Below, in pieces: positions 6,952 to 13,706 of a stretch of 15,093 bases of DNA. Source of the stretch: an uncultured Flavobacteriales bacterium (GTDB taxonomy: Bacteria; Bacteroidota; Bacteroidia; Flavobacteriales_E; Vicingaceae); NCBI GenBank assembly GCA_963977515.1, contig CAXBPN010000031.1, positions 1 through 15,093 on the forward strand. The letters run 5' to 3'. A program made the translations under genes and the position numbers. The stretch's first letter is position 1, and each line of letters begins with the position of its first letter. The notes under the pieces were generated by a model. It ran no database searches and was not told the origin of the DNA. It worked only from the letters and a program-made list of their open reading frames with translations.

Positions 6952-8544
6952 CTACTTAAAATAAGCTTTCTTCATAATTATATGGTTAACACCTTCAAAT
7001 TGTATTAAATAAACTCCTGCATTGTCTATTTTAGTTAACAAAATGAAATTATTTTCTTTTTCTACCATTACATCCTCAATTAACTGGCCTTGTAAATTAT
7101 ATATTTTAACATTTCTTATCTCTTCATTGCCCGACATAAATATTAATCGGCTTTTAGCAATATAAAAAGCAAAATCAGTTTCAGTATCCACCTTATTAAT
7201 TCCAACTGTACAACCTGATCCTTCTAAACAATCACTTACCTCTAGCCAAACTCCATTAGAACCTGGTGCTTCACCAGGGTTTGCCCACCATTGGTTTTCC
7301 CAAACCTTACAGTTTGAATAAACTTGAGTTCCTGCTGTAGGATAACTCTGACTAACATCGTACTCACTAACTCCGCAAAAAGTGCCTCCTCCTCCTCCAC
7401 CTGAACAGCCAACAGAACCACCAGTATAGGTAACAACTGAAAAATCGTTAGCATCAGTAATTGCAGTAGATTCGGCAACTCCACTTAAAACTTTACTCGC
7501 TACATTCAAATACGAATAACCTGAACTAGAAGCATCAGCCAATAAAACTTGCCAAATCATTATTCCATCATTATCACCCACTCTGTTTGGGTAAGTTGCA
7601 ATATGTTCTGACAAAGAAGCTACATTAGTATGTGTATAAGTATAATAAGGTCCCCAAGGTTCATCAGGAAAATGAACACCAGCCGCAATTTTAAACCCAT
7701 AAGTTTCTGCATAATAAGCATAAGCATCATACATTATGCTTCTATTTGTACTTGCTCCTGTGTTATATCCTTGATAAGCAATTAAATCTATCTTATCTCC
7801 TACTGCTTGTATTACTGGAATCATGTGTCCTGTTGATGAAAAACCAAACAAATTAATTCCATTAGTAATAACTGTACCATTGTATAAATTTGCATCTGTT
7901 TCTCCTGTTAAGGTATTTCTATTTGTATATGCAAAAGGCGAAGCTACATCATCATTAGTTTGCCCTCCTAAAGCACCTACACCTGCAGGAGCACAAGCTA
8001 AAATATAACCTTCATTTTTAGGCATTAACGCTCTCGAATTATTAAAGAAATCGATAAAGTGTTGAACATTGGTAGCATTTCCAATATTTCCAAATGAGCC
8101 ATTAGGTTCAAAATCCCAATCTATACCAACAAAGCCTATATCATCTACCAAATCTTTAATTTGTTGGTAATCAATATCATCATAAACAGTAGGGCTATTC
8201 CAAAATGTTTCCCCTCCAACTGAAAGAATAACATTTACACCTCTATCTTTTAATGCAGCTACACTTTCTTTTAATGCACAACCATCGTAAGGAACTTCAA
8301 TACCTGTCGTTGAAATGTCATACGAGCCTTTAACATAAGTTAAATCTGGTTTTGCAAAAGAGAGAAAAACAAAATTTACATGAGCAGGAACTTCTCTTAA
8401 CTTCGAATTTTGCCCTGTTGCTGCCCAACTTTCTGACCATGATGGAAAATATCCCAAAACGATAGGTTCGTTAAAATTAAAAGATTGCCCATAAAATTGA
8501 ATACTACAACAAAGTGTAATGATACTTAATAATAATTTTTTCAT
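6952..8544 (-). CDS. Secreted GH18 chitinase with a CBM5/12 chitin-binding module and a T9SS C-terminal sorting domain
   Basis: Signal peptide MKKLLLSIITLCCSIQFYGQ. The GH18 motifs are LGYFPSW, FLSFA, LSVGGE and the catalytic GIDWDFE (DxDxE, nt 8107-8121). A Gly6 linker lies at nt 7384-7401. The CBM5/12-like segment is YPTAGTQVYSNCKVWENQWWANPGEAPGSNGVW (within ~nt 7234-7377). The last ~75 aa (IRNVKIYNLQGQLIE...AGVYLIQFEG...KKAYFK) look like a type A Por/T9SS CTD. Confidence 0.85.
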   Translation of the reverse strand: MKKLLLSIITLCCSIQFYGQSFNFNEPIVLGYFPSWSESWAATGQNSKLREVPAHVNFVFLSFAKPDLTYVKGSYDISTTGIEVPYDGCALKESVAALKDRGVNVILSVGGETFWNSPTVYDDIDYQQIKDLVDDIGFVGIDWDFEPNGSFGNIGNATNVQHFIDFFNNSRALMPKNEGYILACAPAGVGALGGQTNDDVASPFAYTNRNTLTGETDANLYNGTVITNGINLFGFSSTGHMIPVIQAVGDKIDLIAYQGYNTGASTNRSIMYDAYAYYAETYGFKIAAGVHFPDEPWGPYYTYTHTNVASLSEHIATYPNRVGDNDGIMIWQVLLADASSSGYSYLNVASKVLSGVAESTAITDANDFSVVTYTGGSVGCSGGGGGGTFCGVSEYDVSQSYPTAGTQVYSNCKVWENQWWANPGEAPGSNGVWLEVSDCLEGSGCTVGINKVDTETDFAFYIAKSRLIFMSGNEEIRNVKIYNLQGQLIEDVMVEKENNFILLTKIDNAGVYLIQFEGVNHIIMKKAYFK

Positions 8545-8646
8545 TTTTTTAATAGTTTAGTCTTAAATGTAAAACTATTTAACAATTACACTCCTTAATT
8601 TTATTTTTGCTGTAGAATTTTTGATTATTGTTGTATTCCTAACAAA

Positions 8647-9699
8647 TTACTGAATAGACTTAAACATTCTATTCCACCTGTATTTTTCACCCGCTCCAGT
8701 TTTGTTTGTTGAAAATAAGATGGTTTGTGCCTTCCCTAAAATATGATCTTCGGGCAGAAAACCCCAAAAACGGGAATCAGAACTATTATGACGATTATCT
8801 CCCATCATAAAATAATAATTAATTTTAAAAATATAAGAGTTCGAAACCTCTCCATTTATAATAAAATTTCCTTCTTTTATTTCCAATTCATTTTCTTCAT
8901 AAACCTCTATAATTCTTCTATACAAATGAATGTTATTTTTATTGAGCTTTACTTCCACTCCTTTTTTAGGCACTATAACTTCTCCAAAATAATCAATATT
9001 AAAACCATAATGTTTGTGGTAAGGGAAAATATAATCGGCAAAAGAATTGGGATCGAGTTCTATCTTTTTTAAAGACACTATATAATCTTGTTTTTGCAAT
9101 ATTTTTGCTATCGAATCAGACATGGTTAGTTCCCAATGGTTTTTTAACCCATCCAAACCACCTTCAGTGATGTTGTATTTTAGTAATGTGTCATTAGTTA
9201 TCAATGTATTGGTTACCACTTTATAATTAAACAACATTTTAGGTAATGTTGCCATTTTTTCGTGATTAATATACACTTCTTTATTTTCAACTTTCAGCGT
9301 ATCTCCAGGTAAACCGATACACCGCTTTATATAATATGAGCGATGGTCAACCGAATGTTCATTATCAAGGGGGTAATTAAAAACCACCACATCATTTCGA
9401 CTGATTGATGATTCGAAAAAACGAAAATAAGGGAGCTGAATGAAGTCTAAATACGATTTTGAATCATTAAACAATGGCATAAATTGATGACTCAGTGGAA
9501 ATGTTAAAGGGGTAACAGGCAAGCGTATCCCATAACTCAATTTGTTTACTAGAATAACATCACCAGGCAACAATGTTTTCTCCATAGAAGATGAAGGAAT
9601 AGTAAACACCTCAAAGAAAAAAGCCTTAATAACCATTACAGTTATTAAGGCAAATAATAATGCTTTAATCCAATCTTTTATAGATTTAATCAATTTCAA
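8647..9699 (-). CDS. lepB: Signal peptidase I (S26 family), short paralogue
   Basis: One N-terminal TM helix. Box B is IPSSSMEKTLLPGD (catalytic Ser), box D is YIKRCIGLPGD (catalytic Lys) and box E is GDNRHNSSDSRFWGFLPEDHILGKA. The start is TTG (9697-9699), 1 nt after the stop of the upstream lepB paralogue. Confidence 0.9.
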   Translation of the reverse strand: MKLIKSIKDWIKALLFALITVMVIKAFFFEVFTIPSSSMEKTLLPGDVILVNKLSYGIRLPVTPLTFPLSHQFMPLFNDSKSYLDFIQLPYFRFFESSISRNDVVVFNYPLDNEHSVDHRSYYIKRCIGLPGDTLKVENKEVYINHEKMATLPKMLFNYKVVTNTLITNDTLLKYNITEGGLDGLKNHWELTMSDSIAKILQKQDYIVSLKKIELDPNSFADYIFPYHKHYGFNIDYFGEVIVPKKGVEVKLNKNNIHLYRRIIEVYEENELEIKEGNFIINGEVSNSYIFKINYYFMMGDNRHNSSDSRFWGFLPEDHILGKAQTILFSTNKTGAGEKYRWNRMFKSIQ

Positions 9700-9700
9700 A

Positions 9701-11230
9701 TTAATGAACTAATGAAAACAATCTTTCCCACCTGATTCTTCCCAGTTGTGCATCGTAAGACATCCAAACAAAAACAGCTTTACCAACAATGTGATCTTCT
9801 GGTACAAATCCCCAATAACGAGAATCTAACGAGTTATGTCGATTATCTCCCATCATCCAATAATAATCCATTGCAAAAGTATAAGAAGTTGCTTCTACGC
9901 CATCAATATAAATTTTACCATCAGTTACTTTTAACTCATGTTTTTCATAATTATGGATAATTCTTTTATACAATGGTAAATTATTTAAACTCAAATCAAC
10001 TGTCATTCCCTTTTCAGGGATCACCATAGGGCCAAAATTATCTCTTGTCCAATTATATGCTGTATCATTTGGAAATACAGGTTGATTTTGAAATTTATAC
10101 ACATAACCTAATGGTTCAACGTTTCTTTCAACAGACTTTACATAAGAAAACTGTTTTACTTTTTCTACAGCCTCATCAGTCAATGTTAATTCATATTCTC
10201 CATAGTCAGATATTTTTTGAACTGGTTCAGTTGTAATCCCTTTTTTCTGTAACATTTTCTCATTAAACCCTGTTCCATCAGTTACAACTTTATAAGTAAA
10301 CTGAGCATTCTCATCAAAGTAAGCTGCAGCATCGTTTATCATTAACTTGGTATCGACAATTTGTAATTTATCTCCAGGTAAACCCACACATCTTTTAATG
10401 TAATTTTCTTGTTTGTCAGCTGGACGCCCTTTAATCGTAAAATTCTTCCAAACAAAATCACGTCCATAATCACGAACTAACTGGTCGTACACTTGATTTT
10501 GATGCTCTAATGCAACCGTATCTCCAGCAGGAAAATTAAACACCACACAATCATTACGCTCAACCTCTCCCATTGCTGGAAGTTTTGTGTATGGAAATTT
10601 AATTATCTCCGTGTAAGATTGACTCCCTCCTACTATTGGAACCCATTCTGGAAAACTATGATGTGTAAAAGGAAAACTTACTGGAGTATTTGGAACTCTT
10701 GCTCCATAAGCCATTTTGTTTACAAATAAGAAATCACCTACTAATAATTTTTGCTCCATAGATGATGTTGGAATAGTAAATGCTTCCATATACAACCCTC
10801 TAATTAAAGTTGCTGCAATTACAGCAAATACAATTGCATCAGTCCATTCTCTTCTCTTCGATTTTTTGTATTTAGCCGCTTCTTCGTACCCAATAAATTT
10901 AAAATCATCCTGAAAAGCAATATAAGGTAAATATATACCTGTAAATACAACCCCTAAAAAATGTTCAGTAAATTTAACTTTCCCAAACAATTTCATCAAC
11001 TCAACTATAATCCCCATCCACACTACAAAACCTAAAAATGGAACATAGTAAATGATGGTCCACCAAAACGATTTTTTAATCGTTTTAACTGCTAAATGAG
11101 TTCCATAAAACGGAATTAAGATTTCATATCCTTTATACCCTAGTTTTTGAAACATTTTATACAACCCAATATGGGCAGCAACAAAATATACAATTGCTAA
11201 AACGATAAATACTGGTATGCTAATTTCCAT
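9701..11230 (-). CDS. lepB: Signal peptidase I (S26 family) with a DUF5684-like N-terminal membrane extension
   Basis: The C-terminal ~380 aa carry IPTSSMEQKLLVGD, YIKRCVGLPGD and GDNRHNSLDSRYWGFVPEDHIVGKA. The first ~115 aa (LYKMFQKLGYKGYEILIPFYGTHLAV...FWWTIIYYVPFLGFVVWMGIIVELMKLFGK) resemble the DUF5684 small-membrane-protein family as I recall it. Confidence 0.9.
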   Translation of the reverse strand: MEISIPVFIVLAIVYFVAAHIGLYKMFQKLGYKGYEILIPFYGTHLAVKTIKKSFWWTIIYYVPFLGFVVWMGIIVELMKLFGKVKFTEHFLGVVFTGIYLPYIAFQDDFKFIGYEEAAKYKKSKRREWTDAIVFAVIAATLIRGLYMEAFTIPTSSMEQKLLVGDFLFVNKMAYGARVPNTPVSFPFTHHSFPEWVPIVGGSQSYTEIIKFPYTKLPAMGEVERNDCVVFNFPAGDTVALEHQNQVYDQLVRDYGRDFVWKNFTIKGRPADKQENYIKRCVGLPGDKLQIVDTKLMINDAAAYFDENAQFTYKVVTDGTGFNEKMLQKKGITTEPVQKISDYGEYELTLTDEAVEKVKQFSYVKSVERNVEPLGYVYKFQNQPVFPNDTAYNWTRDNFGPMVIPEKGMTVDLSLNNLPLYKRIIHNYEKHELKVTDGKIYIDGVEATSYTFAMDYYWMMGDNRHNSLDSRYWGFVPEDHIVGKAVFVWMSYDAQLGRIRWERLFSLVH

Positions 11231-11259
11231 AGTTTCTTCTTTTTTATATTATTCTTAAT

Positions 11260-11336
11260 CGTCATTGCGAACGTAACGCAGTGAAGTGAAGCAATCATAT
11301 TTTTACTGCAAGATTGCTTCGTTCCTCGCAATGACG
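11260..11336. repeat. REP-like imperfect palindromic element in the dapB-lepB spacer
   Basis: CGTCATTGCGA (11260-11270) pairs with TCGCAATGACG (11326-11336), and GAAGCAATC (11288-11296) pairs with GATTGCTTC (11312-11320). The loop is 15 nt. The left arm carries extra sequence including a GTGAAGTGAAG mini-tandem. It is G/C-rich relative to its surroundings. Confidence 0.6.
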
Positions 11337-11343
11337 TATTTAT

Positions 11344-12060
11344 TTATCCAAACAACACATCGTTCATCGTAAATACACCTTTCTTAGTTGAAATGTATTC
11401 CGCCGCTATTACTGCTCCTCTTGCAAAGCCTTTTCTATTATGTGCTGTATGTTTTATTTCTATTTCATCAATGTCAGAACTATATGTTATCGCATGGGTT
11501 CCAGGTACATTTTCTGTTCTAATTGCATTAATTAAAAGTTCATCATTTTCAATTTCTTCATCACATTTCCAACTCTTTTTTTGTGGATAATTTTCAATTA
11601 ATCCTTCAGCTAAAGTTATTGCAGTACCACTTGGTGCATCTAATTTCTGTGTATGATGTATTTCTTCAATTTTAACATCATAATCGTTTTGAGTACTCAT
11701 CAATTTTGCTAATTTCTTATTTAATTCAAAAAACAAATTAACGCCTAAACTACAATTGGTAGCATATAATAAAGTTTGGTTTTCTGATTTACACCTTTCA
11801 ACCACTTCATCAAAATTAGCATACCAACCTGTTGTACCTACAACAATTGGCAAGTTTGCTTCAAAACATTTATAAATATTACCAACTGCTAAATCCGGTG
11901 TTGTAAAATCGATAGCTACATCACAATTTTCTAAATTCTCTTTAGAAAAATCCTCCAAATTTTTAGACGATATTTTTAAAGGAACGGTATGCCCTCGCTC
12001 TAAAGCGATTTTTTCAATCTCCTTGCCCATTTTACCGTATCCTATTATTGCTATTTTCAT
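11344..12060 (-). CDS. dapB: 4-hydroxy-tetrahydrodipicolinate reductase
   Basis: 238 aa. It has the N-terminal NAD(P) fold MKIAIIGYGKMGKEI and the DapB signature EIHHTQKLDAPSGTA, then HAITYSSDIDEIEIKHTAHNRKGFARGA. Confidence 0.95.
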   Translation of the reverse strand: MKIAIIGYGKMGKEIEKIALERGHTVPLKISSKNLEDFSKENLENCDVAIDFTTPDLAVGNIYKCFEANLPIVVGTTGWYANFDEVVERCKSENQTLLYATNCSLGVNLFFELNKKLAKLMSTQNDYDVKIEEIHHTQKLDAPSGTAITLAEGLIENYPQKKSWKCDEEIENDELLINAIRTENVPGTHAITYSSDIDEIEIKHTAHNRKGFARGAVIAAEYISTKKGVFTMNDVLFG

Positions 12061-12213
12061 CTGTTTATATTTATCGTTTTTTCTCTGTCAGATGGAACTC
12101 CAAAATATTAATCTTCTTGTATTTTAAAAAATTTATTATACTCGTTTCATGTATCTAAAACCTAAAATTGGTGTTGTTTATTATCTTATTGTATTGATTT
12201 TACATTGTCGGTT

Positions 12214-12221
12214 CAAAGCTA
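12214..12221 (-). promoter_or_regulatory. Candidate -7 promoter box (TAGCTTTG on the minus strand) far upstream of dapB
   Basis: The minus strand reads TAGCTTTG, an exact TAnnTTTG match, 10 nt after the DUF5683 stop and 153 nt upstream of the dapB ATG. There is no convincing -33 element. Confidence 0.2.
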
Positions 12222-12231
12222 GGATAAATGG

Positions 12232-12804
12232 TTATAATTTAATAACTAATCGAAATCCATTACTAATTTGATTGTTTTGAGTGAGTTGAATACTAGGTTC
12301 AAAATTTAAAGTCAAGTTATCATTTACAGGAAAAGTAAACAAATGAGCGTCAACTGTTGCATCAACAATATTCATTACATAAAATAAACCTGCAATAATA
12401 TAGGAAAAATCTCGATTTCGACGATAAGCATCCATATTTGACCTTAAATTTTCATCCGTAAGCAATCCATCAAATTCATCAATAGTAGTTTCATCCTCAT
12501 CTAATCTGGTAACATAAGCATCTTTATACTTTTTATAACTTTTATGGTTTGAAAAAGCAAAGTACAAGGAAGTGCCCATTCCTGCATAAATAATTGGCAC
12601 TTTCCAATATTTCTTATTATAAACTTGTCCAGCACCTGGAACTGCTGTACTCAACAATGTAGCTAAAGTTGGAGAATGTTTTCTTGTTTTTACCGAATCA
12701 ACTAGAATCGTATCCGACTCTAATTTGATTTGACTAAACAATGGTGTTGCAATTGTGAAAAAGCAAAAAATTAAAACGAAATTATGTTTTGTAAAAAAAC
12801 TCAC
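12232..12804 (-). CDS. DUF5683 family envelope/membrane protein (function unknown)
   Basis: The signal-peptide-like N-terminus is MSFFTKHNFVLIFCFFTIATPLFSQ. The conserved core SPTLATLLSTAVPGAGQVYNKKYWKVPIIYAGMG is typical of DUF5683 as I recall it. There is a second hydrophobic segment, SYIIAGLFYVMNIV. The only start is GTG (12802-12804), 8 nt after the parB stop. Confidence 0.75.
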   Translation of the reverse strand: MSFFTKHNFVLIFCFFTIATPLFSQIKLESDTILVDSVKTRKHSPTLATLLSTAVPGAGQVYNKKYWKVPIIYAGMGTSLYFAFSNHKSYKKYKDAYVTRLDEDETTIDEFDGLLTDENLRSNMDAYRRNRDFSYIIAGLFYVMNIVDATVDAHLFTFPVNDNLTLNFEPSIQLTQNNQISNGFRLVIKL

Positions 12805-12812
12805 AATATTAT

Positions 12813-13706
12813 TTACAAGCCTAAAAGCTCAACTATTCTTTCTAACTGATCTTCTGAAGCAAATGGAATAACTATCTTACCTTTTCCTTTACTGTTACTT
12901 TGTAATTGAACCTCAGCCTTTAAAAATGAAACTAAATCTTCTTGTATTTTTTGTTGAGTAAATGTTAACGATGAATTTGTTCCTTTTTTAAATTCAGCAA
13001 TCTTTTCTTCTTCCTTCTTCCCTTTAACCAACTCTTCAACTTGTCTTACTGATAACCCTTCTTTTACTACTTTTTTGTAAATAGCTAACTGCTTTTTCTC
13101 ATCATCAATATTTACTATTGCTCTAGCATGCCCCATCGACAAATCTTTAGTACGAATTGCTAATTGTATCTCTGCTGGTAATTTTAATAAACGAAGATAA
13201 TTTGCTACTGTAGAACGCTTCTTTCCAACTCTTTCACTCAGTTTCTCTTGTGTTAAGTTACATTCTTCAATTAGTTTTTGATAACTAAAAGCAACTTCAA
13301 TAGCATCTAAATTTTCTCTTTGGATGTTTTCAACCAATGCCATTTCTAACATTTCTTGGTCGTTAGCAATTCTAATAAAAGCAGGTATTTCTGTTAATCC
13401 AGCAATTTGAGAAGCTCTAAACCTTCTTTCACCTGATATTAATTGATATTTACCATAACCCAATTTACGAACAGTTACAGGCTGAATAATACCTAACTCA
13501 GTAATTGAATCAGCTAACTCTAATAACGCTTCTTTTTCAAATTGAGTTCTGGGTTGAAACGGATTTGCTTCAATATATTCAATTGGCAAAGTAGAAACAG
13601 AACCAACAATCGCTGCTGTTTCCTCTAATTTGTTTGATGTAATATCAGTCTCAGCACTTTGTAGCAACGCACCTAAACCTCTTCCTAAAGCTGGCTTTTT
13701 ACTCAT
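12813..13706 (-). CDS. parB: Chromosome partitioning protein ParB (Spo0J family)
   Basis: GRGLGALL N-terminal motif, the ParB box QPVTVRKLGYGKYQLISGERRFRAS, and the HTH region KLSERVGKKRSTVANYLRLLKLP. The start overlaps the parA stop by 8 nt (ATGAGTAA). Confidence 0.93.
   Translation of the reverse strand: MSKKPALGRGLGALLQSAETDITSNKLEETAAIVGSVSTLPIEYIEANPFQPRTQFEKEALLELADSITELGIIQPVTVRKLGYGKYQLISGERRFRASQIAGLTEIPAFIRIANDQEMLEMALVENIQRENLDAIEVAFSYQKLIEECNLTQEKLSERVGKKRSTVANYLRLLKLPAEIQLAIRTKDLSMGHARAIVNIDDEKKQLAIYKKVVKEGLSVRQVEELVKGKKEEEKIAEFKKGTNSSLTFTQQKIQEDLVSFLKAEVQLQSNSKGKGKIVIPFASEDQLERIVELLGL

Noticed and set aside
7384-7401. GGN/(CCT)n triplet repeat encoding Gly6 in the chitinase linker as a possible slipped-strand phase-variation tract
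   Set aside because: It has only ~4 clean triplet units, and triplet slippage stays in frame. It would change linker length rather than switch expression.
7242-8008. ORFs 7242-7484 (minus, alternative frame) and 7823-8008 (plus) overlapping the chitinase gene
   Set aside because: They are embedded in the GH18/CBM coding region, whose main frame has clear domain motifs. The overlapping frames have none.
8551-8579. 8-bp inverted repeat AATAGTTT/AAACTATT just upstream of the chitinase start codon
   Set aside because: The stem is all A/T apart from a single G-C pair and has a 13-nt loop, so stability is very low. Such matches are frequent in AT-rich spacers.
8743-9072. 109-aa plus-strand ORF from the ORF track (MIFGQKTPKTG...)
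   Set aside because: It is entirely antisense to the well-supported lepB paralogue. The sequence is low-complexity and rich in I/F/N/K, as expected from reading an AT-rich gene backwards, and it has no recognisable motifs.
9748-10913. Three short plus-strand ORFs (9748-9960, 10045-10236, 10716-10913)
   Set aside because: All are nested antisense within the 509-aa signal peptidase I gene. They are short, have no motifs and show composition typical of antisense frames.
11582-11590. Perfect DnaA box TGTGGATAA (reverse complement of TTATCCACA), near parAB, raising the possibility of oriC
   Set aside because: It is a single box inside the dapB coding sequence. There is no cluster of boxes, no adjacent AT-rich unwinding element in non-coding DNA and no dnaA or dnaN gene. 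One 9-mer hit in 15 kb is compatible with chance.
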